Shown here: piece by piece, positions 36,255-47,915 of the stretch | How positions within the stretch are numbered: position 1 is the stretch's first letter | Layout: each line of letters opens with the position of its first letter | Assembly: GCF_963921235.1 (NCBI RefSeq) | Contig: NC_086097.1 | Location: 57,724,001-57,788,000, forward strand | DNA: 64,000 nt | Source of the DNA: Mobula hypostoma | Lineage: Eukaryota | Direction: 5' to 3' | The notes under the pieces: generated by a model | Told to the model about the DNA's origin: nothing | The model's input: only the letters and a program-made list of their open reading frames with translations | Databases searched by the model: none | Position numbers and translations under genes: made by a program

Positions 36255-37940
36255 TCAAAGCTCAAAGTAAATTTATTATCAAAGTACCGTATACAAGCCT
36301 GAGATTCACTTTCTTGTGGGCATACACAGCAAATCTGAAAAACACAATAGAATCAATGAAAGACCGCACCCAACAGGCGGACAAACGACCAATGTACAAA
36401 AGACAACACACTGTGCAAATGCAAAAGAAAAAATAATACTAATAATATATAAAAAATTAATAAATATCAAGAACATGAGATGAAGAGTCCCTGAAAGTGA
36501 GTCCATGGGTCATGAGAATAGTTCAGCATTGGGGCAAGTGAAGTTGAGTGAAGTTATCCCCTCTAGTTCAAGAGACTGATGGTTGAGGGGTAATAACTTT
36601 TCTGAACCTGGTGGTGTGGGTCCTGTACTACTATCCTGATGACAACAGTGAGGAGAGAGCATGACCTGGGTGGCGGGGGTCCTTGATGATAGATGTGAGA
36701 GCACTCCACATAGATGTGTTCAATGGTAGGGAGGGCATTACCCATGATGGACTGGGCCGTATTCACTACTTTTGTAGGATTTTCCATTCAATGGCATTCA
36801 TGCTTCCATACCAGGCCAATATCTATAGAGGATTGTCAACGTTTTAGAAATAATGCCAAATCTTTACAAACCTCGAAGGAAGTAGATGTGCTGCCATGTT
36901 TTCTTCATAATGGCATTTATGTGCTAGACCCAGGGCAGATCCTCTGAAGTGATAACTCTGAGGAACTTAAAGTTGCGGATCCTTTCCACCTTTGATCCCC
37001 TGAGGAAGACTGGTTCATGGACTTCTGGCTTCCTGTTCCTGAGGACAACAATCAGCTCCTTGGTCTTGCTGATATTGAGTGAGAGGCTGTTGTTGTGGTA
37101 CCACTCAACCGCGCATTCAATCTCCCTCCTATATGCTGATTCATCACCACCTTTGACAGTGTCACTGATGCAGCCAATGATAGTGGTGTCATCAGCAAAC
37201 TTAAAATGGAATTGGAGCTGTGCTAAGTTCACAGTCATAAGTATAAAATGAGTCAAGCAAGGGGCTAAGCATGGGCTTCTGATGCACCTAAGCTGATAGA
37301 GATTGTGGAGGAGATGTTTATGTCAATCCAAATTGACTGGGGTCTTCAGATGAGGAAACTGAGAATCCAATTGCATAAGGAAGGATTGAGACTTGTGCCT
37401 TGAAGCTTATTGATTAGTTTTGAGGGGGTGATGGTATTGAATGCCGAATGGAGTCAGTAAAGAGCATCCACATATTCGCTGTCCAGATGTTCCAGGGTTG
37501 AGTGAACAGTCAATGAAATGGCATCTACTGTGGACCTGTTGTAACAGTAGGCAAGGCAAATTGGAGCAGGTCCAGGTCACTTCTCAGGCAGAAGCTGCTA
37601 CGTTTCATCAGCAACCTCTCCAATCACTTCATCACAGCGGATGTAAATGCTACTGGACAATAATCACTGAGGCAGGTTATTATGTTCTTCTTTTGGCATT
37701 AATATAGTTGAAGCCTGCTTGAAGCAGGTGGGTACCTCAGACTACTGAAGTGAGAGGTTAAAGATATTGGTGAACTCTCCAGCCAGTTGATCAGCACAGG
37801 TCTTTAGTACCCAGCCAGGTACCCCCTTTGGACCCAATAGTTTCTGTGGGTTCACCCTCCTGACAGAGCTCTCACGTCGGCCTCAGAGACTGAAATCACA
37901 GGGTCATCAGGGCTGCCAGAGTTCATGAAAGTTCCTCCAT
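36255..37940 (-). mobile_element. Rex1/Babar-like LINE, decayed
   Basis: ORF 36924..37256 FKFADDTTIIG..DESAYRREI...LSLNISKTKELIV. Confidence 0.85.
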
Positions 37941-38967
37941 GTGACATGTCAAATATATTTGCAAGACATGACTCTGTCTAAGCTACCTGATAGGGTGGCC
38001 ACCAATACATCATATAGAGAAGACATCACATTCATTGCTTACATTCATAATCAACTGGGTTTTAAAAAGGAATATCTTATTCTAGAAAAGATCTTCTTTT
38101 ATGATTTTCCTCTTTTATTATTTTTGCTGTATCTGAAATGTATTTTCAAATATTATATTTTGGCTGTGGAGGACTCAAGCCTTTCAATTGAAAGTTAATA
38201 TAAACAAATATGTATCATTGTGCTGGGAACTATATTGCATTGAAATTTTGTTATGCTCTGGACCCACTACTTGAACTTGTGTGGATATACTGGATTGAGC
38301 TGCTGTAAAGTGGGGCTAATTCATAAGTGGACAACTCTAAAATACAAACATTTGTGGATTTCTATTGTGCTGCATGTGTCTATATCAATAATTTCCTTCC
38401 TGGGAGACAAAATAATGAGAAAATAACACTGATGCAGCACTTTATTCTCAGGTCTACAGGGAGAGAATGGTCCATTTTTGTCACAATGACATTGTACATA
38501 GATGTTCTCTGAAGAGATTTAGGTAATTAAGTATTTGTCAGCAAATCTTTTCTTGACAATTTTGAATAACAAAAACAATGGATATTAGCGGATATTAGCT
38601 AGCACTTTTTGGAAGGGGGTGGGGGTGTTGTGGAATTAAGCATGGTTTGATGATTGTGGTGTGGTGGAATGTTAATCTATTAGTAATAAGGTGAATGTAG
38701 GACAGTGAATAGTTGATCTGCGTTTGGGTAGCCATTTGACCAACAAAGCAGTCTGGAAAAGAAAGAATAAGGATGAATCCAGAACATTCTTCATGATTTG
38801 TGTCTACACCAAATCACTTTAACATGGTCGAACTTGTAAAATTTGTAGCATGTTCACATCCTTGGTGTTTCAATGCATGATGTAATTCTCTGAAATGGAA
38901 GCCATTAGAGGATGAAGAATTAGTGGATCTTCAGTGAGTGGAAAGGAAAGCAGCTGCTGAAGTGAAA

Positions 38968-39105
38968 CACACACAAAGTGCTGGAGGAACTCAGCAGGCC
39001 AGGCAGCATCTATGGAAATAAGTACACTGTCTGGCCTGCTGAGTTCCTCCAGCATTTTGTGTGTGCTGCTCGGATTTCTAACATCTGCAGATTTTGTCTT
39101 CTTTA
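38968..39105. mobile_element. 138-bp fold-back Penelope-derived element with 13-bp TSD
   Basis: Arms cacacaaagtgctggaggaactcagcaggccag / ctggcctgctgagttcctccagcattttgtgtg; flanks tgctgaagtgaaa (38955-38967) and tgctgcagtgaaa (39106-39118). Confidence 0.85.
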
Positions 39106-40473
39106 TGCTGCAGTGAAAGGGTATTTCTTCATCTCACAAAATGAGTGAAGCATTAATTTATTGCTTAAAATTCTGGAGAAGTCTGGAAAATTCTAGAAAA
39201 TTCTAGGACCTATACGAAGGAGATTGTTTGGAGATCTAGAAATTGCATTGAATTCACCTTTCATGTTCATGTGCTCAACTGATGGAAACTTCTTAAAAGA
39301 GTAGCAAGTCACCGTACCAACAAGATGTTTCCCTGGTGAAAGGCTGATACTGCTCACACTAGGATATCTGTGCCTGATGGTAGATGGGAGCTTGAAACTG
39401 TGAACAGTAAGTTGTGTTTGTTTACATATTCACATTTGTGTATTTGGATTTCCCAGTCATTCTAGGAACTTCATTGTGCTATGTTTGGCCCTTTCAGAGT
39501 TTCATAGTGTGTGGGGAATAAATTGGAACATTTAAGTTCTTCAGATTTTTTCCTCCACTCTCTATAATCCCAATCCACAACTTCAAATCATCTACCCTTT
39601 AGACATACTAAGTCTGCTGTCATACAGGAACTTTAAAATTGATTCAATTAGCAGCATGATGTTGTTTTCTTGTCAACTCTCTGAAGAGCAATCCTATGCC
39701 CTTTTCTCACTGCTACCATCGGGCAGGAGGTACAGAAGCCTGAAGGCACACACTCAGCGATTCAGGAACAGCTTCTTCCCCTCTATCATCCAATTCCTAA
39801 ATGGACATTGAGTCCATGAACACTACCTCACTTTTTTAATATATAGCATTTCTGTTTCTTGCACAATTTTTAATCTATTTGATATAAGTATTCTGTAATT
39901 GATTTACTTATTTATAATTATTATTGTTATTTTATGTTTTCTTCTTCTATATTTCTTCTTCTAGCATTCTTCTAGCGTGTATCACAACCTGGTATGGAAG
40001 TTGTCTTGTCCAAGACCGAAAGAAGCTGCAGAAGATCGTGAACACAGCGCAGCACATCACACAAACCAATCTTCCGTCCATGGACTCACTTTACACCGCA
40101 CGCTGTCGGAGCAGTGCTGCCAGGATAACCAAGGTCACGACTCACCCAGCCAACACACTTTTTGTCCCTCTTCCCTCCGGGAGAAGGTTCAGGAGCTTGA
40201 AGACTCGTGCGGCCAGATTTGGGAACAGCTTCTTTCCAACTGTGATAAGTCTGCTGAACGGATCCTGACCCGGATCTGGGGCGTACCCTCCAAATATCCG
40301 GATCTGCCACTCGGTTTTTTTGCACTACCTTACTTCCCATTTTTCTATTTTCTATTTATGATTTATAATTTAAACATTTAATATGTACTTAACTATTTTT
40401 TAATATTTAATATTTGTAATCCAGGAGTATGAAGCACGGAATCAAATGTCGCGGTGATGATTGTACATTCTAG

Positions 40474-42027
40474 TGTCATGGTCTGGATCGGGGTCCCTTT
40501 AAATTTAGCTTGTTTATGTTACGATCCGGACCATTGATTCCCTGTTTTCCCGTGTTCCTCGACTTTGGTGATTAGAGGCAATTAACACTCGGCTGAACCG
40601 GTAGTTTATAGTCTCCAGCTTTCAGCCGTTCGGTGCAGGAGCGTCTGCAAAGTCACGGCGTGCCAATGTCATCCGGCTGGAGCAACCCTTGTCTCCGCCC
40701 GAAGCGAGTGCTGGTAATTCTCCCTTCCTCACCGGAGCAACCCTGTCCAGTTACCTCACCGAAGTGAGCCTGCAAAGTTTCCTCTTCAAGGTGGGTCCGT
40801 CAGTTAACCCGCCGGAGAGAATCAAGAGCCGCTGTCTACTGTTCGCGGGCCGAGTCAAGAGCTCGTCCTGGCTCCGGCGGCATCCAAGTACCGTGTCCAA
40901 GGCCTGGCCCTGGCGGCATCCAAGTACCACATCCAAGTTCTGTCCCTGGCAGCATTCAAGTACCACGTCCAAGTCCTGTCCCTGGCGGCATTCAAGTACC
41001 ATGTCAAGTCCTGACCCTGGCGGCATCCAAGTACCATGTCCAAGTCCTGGCCCTGGCGGCATCCAAGTACCATGTCCAAGTCCTGGCCCTGGCGGCATCC
41101 AAGTACCACGTCCAAGCCCTGGCCCTGGCGGTATTCAAGTACCATGTCCAAATCCTGGCCCTGGTGGCATTCAAGTACCATGTCAAGTCCTGACCCTGGC
41201 GGCTTCCCAGTTCTGAGTCAAGTCCTGGCCCTGGCGGTCTGTGATTCCTGTCCTACCCCTCTTGTCTGAAACCCTTCTCTGCCCCTCTAGCCTCTAGCCC
41301 TCGTCTGCAGCCCCCACCTGCACTTCTGTCTAGTTCCATCACTGGAGCTAGATAGGTACTGTCTGGTGTCCATTCGTGTTGGTCTTGTCTTGTCTTGTCC
41401 TTGCCTCCGTGGGGTAGGTCAGGCCGTCTTGCTGTTGCTCCGCGGGGAGTCATGTCTTGTCTTGTCCTGTCCTCGCCTCCGTGGGGTAAGTCAGGCCGTC
41501 TTGCCGTTGCCCCGTGGAGGGTCATGAGTCCCGGCCCTATGTCCTGTACCCAAGGAGGGGTCCCAGCTCTCTGTTCTGTGTGTGAGTCCCGGCCCTATGT
41601 CCTGTACCCAAGGAGGGGTCCCGGCTCTCTGTTCTGTGTATGTGTCCATGGTTCTACGTACCTGCTCCCTGAGACCGAGGCTCTGTGTTCCCATGTTCCT
41701 CCTCTCCCTAGCCCATGTCATGTCCATGCCTGGTTCTGGGGTCCGAGCCCTAGGCAAGACCCAGGTACTGGGTCCTTGCCCAGTCTCTGGCTCGGAGTCC
41801 ATACCCTAGCCTCTTCGTGTCTCCTCTAGTTCTGGGAGCCGATTCCGTGTCCAAGCCCAGACCCTTGGTCCCAGCCTAGTCATAGTCCTCAGTCCTTGTC
41901 CAGTTCGCTACTCCTGCTCCTGCCTTGCTCTCCTAATAGCAAACAATAAACTAAATTTAACTAACATCACAAGATGTGTCTTGCATTTGGGTCCACCCTT
42001 GCTCCCTATGCCCCCGCCATTGTGACA
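40474..42027 (+). mobile_element. Solo LTR (Gypsy-like) with internal minisatellite
   Basis: TGTCA...TGACA termini; perfect 5-bp TSD tctag (40469-40473, 42028-42032); AATAAA near 41945. Confidence 0.9.
40860..41240 (+). repeat. ~10 copies of a 35-36 bp minisatellite within the solo LTR
   Basis: Unit caagtcctggccctggcggcatccaagtaccatgtc. Confidence 0.9.
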
Positions 42028-42194
42028 TCTAGTACCAATTGTTTGGCGACAATAAAGTATAAAGTATTTCATTGAACTGCTGCTACTAAGTTGACAAATT
42101 TTACGATACATGCCAATGATAATAAACCTGATTCTGATTCCGCTATTCCCTCTTTCCAACGACATAATTTAATTCCCTGCTTTATCATTTATTC

Positions 42195-45100
42195 TTTCAG
42201 GGAAGTTGAATACTGTTTATTTCAGAGTAGAGATTAAGAATAGTAAAGGGAAAAAATCAGTGGTGGGAGTTGTCTATCAGCCATCGAATAATAACATTAC
42301 ACTGGCACAGGCAACAAACAGAGAAATATTTGAGGCATGTAAGAATGGAACAGCAGTTATTACAGGGGAGTTTAACTTGCGCACAGATTGGGTGAATCAA
42401 ATTGGTCGAGGCAGTCTTGAGGAGGACTTCACAGAATGCATCCATGATGGCTTTCTTGAACAGCATGTTACTGAACCTACAAGGGAACGAGCTATCTTAA
42501 ATCTGGTCCTGTGCAATGAGACAGGTAAAATTAGTGATCTTGCAGTTAGAGATCACAGTATGATTGAGTTTCTCTTAAAAATGGAGATTGCAATAGTTCA
42601 ATTGAAAACCAGTGTATTATGCCTAAACAATGGAGACTGCAATGGGATGTGGGAGGAGTTGGCTGGTGTTGACTGGGAACACAGGCAATATGGTGGGATG
42701 GTTGAGGAACAGTGGAAGACTTTCAGAGAGATTCTTCACCATGCTCAACAAAAGTATATTCCAGTTAAAAGCAAGGACAGTAAGGGTGGGGAAAGCCAGC
42801 CTTGGATAGCTAAGGAATATAGAAGAAGGCCTCAAACTAAAAGCTCGTGCATAAAAAGTCACCAAGAGTAGTAGGAAGCTGGAAAATTGGGAAAACTTTA
42901 AAGCACAACAAAGAACCACAAAGTGAGTAACAAAGAAAGGGAAGATGGATTATGAAAATAAACTTGCACAAAATAGGAAAATGGACAGTAAAAGTTTTTA
43001 TAATTATATAAAGCAGAAAGAGGTGGCTAAAGTGAACGTAAGTCCCTGGGGGGACGAAGAGGGGGAATTGATATTGGGTAATGAGGAAATGGCAGAGGCT
43101 TTGAATGACTATTTTGTGTCAGTCTTCATTGTGGAGGACATGTCTAACATGCCAAAGAGAGATGTTATGGGTGAGATGGGAGGTGAGGGCCTCAATACAA
43201 TAGCTATCACTAAAGAGGTAGTGCTGTGAAAACTTGTGGGCCTGAAGATAGACAAGTCCCCTGGTCCTGATGGAATGCATCCAGGATACTGAAAGAAATG
43301 ACAGAAGTTATAGTAGAGGCTTTGGTGATAATTTACTAAAATTCTCTGAACTCTGGGCAGGACCCAGCGGATTGGAAGATGGTGAATGTCACGCTACTGT
43401 TCAAAAAAGGATGTAGGCAAAAGGCAGGTAACTATAGGCCAGTGAGTTCAACATCTGTAGTTGGGAAAATGCTTGAAGCTATCATTGAAGAAGAAATAGT
43501 GAGGCATCTGTAAAGAAATGGATCCATCAGGCAGACGCAGCATGGAATCAGCAAAGGCATGTCTATTTGAAAAACTTACTGGAGCTCTTTAGTTCATAGT
43601 CATAGTCATAATCATACTTTATTGACCCCGGGGGAAATTGGTTTTCATTACAGTTGCACCATAAATAATTAAATAGTAATAAAACTATAAATAATTAAAT
43701 AGTAATATGTAAATTATGCCAGGAAGTAAGTCCAGGACCAACCTATTGGCTCAGGGTGTCTGACCCTCCAAGGGAGGAGTTGTAAAGTTTGATGGCCACA
43801 GGCAGGAATGACTTCCTATGACGCTCTGTGTTGCATCTCGATGAAATGAATCTCTGGCTGAATGTACTCCTGTGCCCACCCAGTACATTATGTAGTGGAT
43901 GGGAGACATTGTCCAAGATGGCATGCAACTTAGACAGCATCCTCTTTTCAGACACCACCGTGAGAGAGTCCAGTTCCATCCCCACAACATCACTGGCCTC
44001 AGGTATAGGAGGAAGCTTGAGTGGACACTCCAGCAGAACAACATGAGAGAGGTCTGGAGTGGGATGAGGACCTTGCTGATCTTTGGAGGTATAATGAGAG
44101 CAGTGGATAGAGAGGAACAGATGGATGTTATTTACTTGGATTTCTATAAAAGACTTATCCATAAGATAAGGATGCATAGAGTTAGGGGTGATGTATTAGC
44201 ATGGATGAGAATTGGTTTAACTACCAGAAAGCAGGGAGTTGGGATACATGCATGTTACTCTGGTTGGCAATGAGTGGTGAGCAGTGTTCCGCAGGGTTTG
44301 GTGCTGAGCCCGTAACTGTTCACAATATACGTTAACGATTTGGTAGGCGGGACCAAATGTAGTGTATCTAAGTTTGCTGATGATACTGAATTGAGTGGAA
44401 AAGCAAATTGTGAAGAAAATATGGAGAGTCTGCAGAGAGATATAGATAGGTTAAGTGAGTGGGCAAGGATCTGGCAAATGGAATACAGTGTTGGTAAATG
44501 TGTGGTCATCCACTTTGGAAGGAAAAGTGGAAGAGCAGACTATGATTTAAATGGTAAAAAATTGCAGCGTTCTGCTGTGCAGAGGGACTTGGGAGTGCTT
44601 GTGTGCATGAATCACCAAAGGTTGCTTTGCAGGTGCAGCAGGCTATCAAGAAGGCAAGCGGAATGCTGGCCTTCATTGCTAGAGGGATTGAATTTAACAG
44701 TAGGGAGGTTATGCTGCAACTGTACAGGGTACTGGTGAGGCCGCACCTGGAGTACTGGAGTACTGAGTGCAGTTATGGTCTCCTTACTTGAGGAAGGATA
44801 TACTGGCTTTGGAGGTGGTGCAGAGGAGGTTCACCAGGTTGATTCCAGAGGTGAGGGTGTTAGACTAGGAGGAGAGATTGAGTTGCCTAGGACAGTTCTC
44901 ACTGGAATTCAAAAGAGTGACAGGAGGTCTTATAGAAACATATAAAATTATGAAAGGGATAGATAAGATAGAGGCAGTAAAGTTGTTTCCGCTGGTAGGT
45001 GAGATTAGCTGTAGGAGACAAGATTCAGGGGAGTAGATTTAGGATGGAGATGAGGAGGAACTGCTTTTCCCAGAGGGTGGTGAATCTGTGGAATTCTCTG

Positions 45101-45250
45101 CCCAATGAAGCAGTGGGAGCTATCTCAGTAAATATATTGAGGACAAGGTTGGATAGATTTTTGGATAGTAGGGGAATTAAGGGTTATGGGGAAAAGGCAG
45201 GCTCGAGGGGCCTGATGACCTACTCCTGCTCCTATTTTTTATGTTCTTAT
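42195..45250 (+). mobile_element. CR1-like LINE ORF2 (endonuclease to RT to 3' end), decayed
   Basis: ORFs 42206..42871, 42945..43229, 44340..44738 (SKFADDTEL), 44603..44791, 44999..45289. Confidence 0.92.
43591..44078 (-). mobile_element. Rex/Babar-like LINE 3' fragment with inverted 5' segment, inserted in CR1
   Basis: Minus 43591-43998 (LHAILDNVSHPLH...RHRKSFLPVAIKLYN; catagt-repeat tail); plus ~43999-44075 YRRKLEWTLQQNNMREVWSGMRT. Confidence 0.75.
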
Positions 45251-45289
45251 GAGTGCAGTTGGTCTAGTCACAAACTATACTTGCTGTAG

Positions 45290-45512
45290 GTAAGGTTGTT
45301 GCTCTTCTCAGTGCCATGTGGTGCACAGGTGGCAACCCTGCTGTTCCTTTAGCGTTTGTCTTTTATTTAGTGTTGGTATTTTTATGAGGCTGAGTTGCTA
45401 GCTCGATGCTCAACCCAGCTTGGATGGAATGTGCTCAAAGAGCTGGCTGGATTCGAAACCATAACCACTTGCCTCAAAGTCTGGTGCGGATACCACTGCA
45501 CCACCAGGCCGC
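45290..45512 (-). mobile_element. tRNA-derived SINE
   Basis: Reverse complement ggcctggtggtgcagtggtatccgcaccagactttgaggc...ggtttcgaatccagcc: tRNA-like A and B boxes with a non-tRNA tail. Confidence 0.65.
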
Positions 45513-46604
45513 TATTGGTAAAGAGGTAGTTTGTTTTGTTTCATCTTTTACAGGATCTGGACATCATTGGCAAATTGGCAAGTTTTGTTCACTGATAATT
45601 TGGCATTTATTGTCTATTTCTAATCAAAGGAAATCCCTATTGATATTATTACTGTTAGTACTTCCAGATTTATTGAACAATTAAATCTAAATTCTCCAGC
45701 CGCCATGACCGGATCAGAGCTCATGTCTGTTTATCAATTGCCCAGGCCTCTGATTACTAATCCAACAAATGAACCACCATGTTTATGTACCTTTCTGGGA
45801 CACAAATTGTATGTTCTGCATCAATGACCTGAACACTATATCTAATTTCTGCCTTCTCCTAGTAATCTTTCATTCCCCTACCTATCAAGAAACAAGAGTT
45901 ACAGAGCTTGTGGAGTGTATTCCAGCATTTATAGCCTTGAAGATCAATGCACAGCTGTACATTGCGGAAGAAAGACCTTACTTCCTTATCCTGAAGCCAG
46001 AATTAACAGGTGAACTGAGGTCTTGAAGGATTGCTGGTTTGTTGGAAATCACTGATAAACAAACATTAATCACTGACGTACCTGAAATATGCTTTCAGAA
46101 TTGAAACATAATCACAAACTCTAAAAAGCTGTGCAAAGAATTTTGAAATTTGTCAAAGATTTTTCTTGGTATAACTATGCAGTTATAATAAGACACTGAT
46201 TCTTGCAATTTGAATACTTTCCATTCTACAATTAAACTTTCACAATTTTTTTAGTTCAACTGCACTCCGTAATACCCATTTTGGAAAAATGAGAGTGTGT
46301 CTGGGATTTGAGGGGCTCTGAAACAATTCATTTTTCTTATACAATTGTGCTCTTGTAGTACTCAAAAAGTAACTCCAGAATTTGGTTTCTGAATAACAAT
46401 GTATAGCAAGCCTTCTCAACAGCTTAACATATGGTACAAGTGGTAGACATACTGAGTTAGCAACCTGATTTTTCATGCACAATTGTGCATCATAAGGTCA
46501 AAAACTTGGACAGCACAGACTTGGATGTTGACAGCTTGGGGACCCCAGGTAGTGCTTGTCCCTAAATAGGATGAATCTGTAGATTGAGTATGGTACGGCT
46601 TCAG

Positions 46605-47915
46605 AAACAGAATCAAAATCAAGTTTATTATCACCTGCACGTGTCGTGAAATCTGTTAACTTAGAAGCAGCAGTTCAATGCAATATATGGTAATAAAGAA
46701 AGAAAACAAATAAATAAATTAAATTAAATTAAGTGTATACATGTATATTGAAAAGATTAAAATAGTACAAAAACAGGAAACTGTAATATATATAAAAAAA
46801 AAGTGAGGTAGTGTTCATGGATTCAATGTCCATTTAGGAATTATACGGCAGAGGGGAAGAAACTATTCCTGAATTGCTGGATTTGTTCCTTCAGGCTTCT
46901 GTACCTCCTTTCTGATGGCAACAATAAGAAGAGGGCATGTCCTGAGTGATGGTGGTCCTTAATAATGGACGTTGCCTTTCTGAGGCACCACTCCTTGAAG
47001 ATGTTTTGGGTACTACTGAGGCTAGTGCCCAAGATGGAGCTGACTAATTGTACAAATTTCTGAGGCTCCTTTCAGTCCTGTGCAATAGCACTCTCCTCCA
47101 CCCACCGCCCCATCAGACAGTTAGGCAGCCTGTCAGAATGCTCGACATGGTATATCTGTAGAAGTTTTTGAGTGTTTTAGTTGACAAACCAAAACTCTTC
47201 AAATGCCGAATGAAATATAGGCCCTCAGAGATCTTGACACCAAGGAACTTGAAATTGCTCACTCTCTCCACTCCCAATCCCTCAATGAGAATTAGTTCAT
47301 ATGCGTATCCCGTGTCTTAGTCTTCTGAAGTCCACAATTGACAAGTCCTTCGTCTTACTGACACTGAGTGCGAGGTTGTTGTTGCAATGCCACTCAGCTA
47401 GCTGGTATATCTCACTCCTGTACGCCCTCTCCTCTCCATCTGACATTCTAACAACAATGGTTGTATCATCAGCAAATTTATAGATGGTATTTGAGCTATA
47501 CCTAGCCATACAGTTACAGGTATTGTGAGAGTAGAGCAGTGGGCTAAGCCCACACCACTGAGTGCACCAGTGTTGATCATCAGTGAGGAGGAGATGTTAT
47601 CACCAATTCACACAGATGGTGGTGCTCCAGTTTGGATGCTGAGGATCGAATTGCAGAGGGGAGTACAGAGGCCCAAGTTCTGTAACTTATCAATCAGGAT
47701 TTTGGGAATGACGGTGATAAATGTTGAGCTATAGTCAACAAACAGCATCCTGACATACGTGTTTGTATTGTCCAGGTGATCTAAGGCCATGTGAAGAGCC
47801 ATTGAGATTGTGTCTGATGTAGACCTATTGTGGTGATAGGCAAATTGCATTGGGTCCAGGTCCTTCCTGTGGCAGGAGTTCATTCTAATCATGACCAACC
47901 TCTCAAAGCATTTCA
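46605..47915 (-). mobile_element. Rex1/Babar-like LINE (RT to 3'UTR)
   Basis: ORFs 47608..47916 (MKCFERLV..DPMQFAY..YVRMLFVDYSSTF), 47297..47509 (YKFADDTT), 46841..47032. Confidence 0.9.

Larger units (their letters stand above)
39690..42140 (+). mobile_element. Nested Rex/Babar-like LINEs: outer 39690-~39955 plus 42067-42140; inner ~39956-40473 plus 42033-42066
   Basis: Outer element ends aataaacctgattctgattc. Inner ORF 39924..40268 SILLACITTWYG...FVPLPSGRRFRSLK...NSFFPTVISLLN, with tail aataaagtataaagta. Confidence 0.8.

Noticed and set aside
40860..41240. 36-bp repeats resembling a CRISPR array or a repetitive protein (PGPGGIQVPCPS)n
   Set aside because: Head-to-tail units with no unique spacers, inside a TSD-bounded LTR in a vertebrate genome. 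Several overlapping frames are open and 35-bp units shift the frame.
45435..45512. tRNA gene
   Set aside because: A and B boxes are present, but the cloverleaf is imperfect and continues into a SINE-like body.
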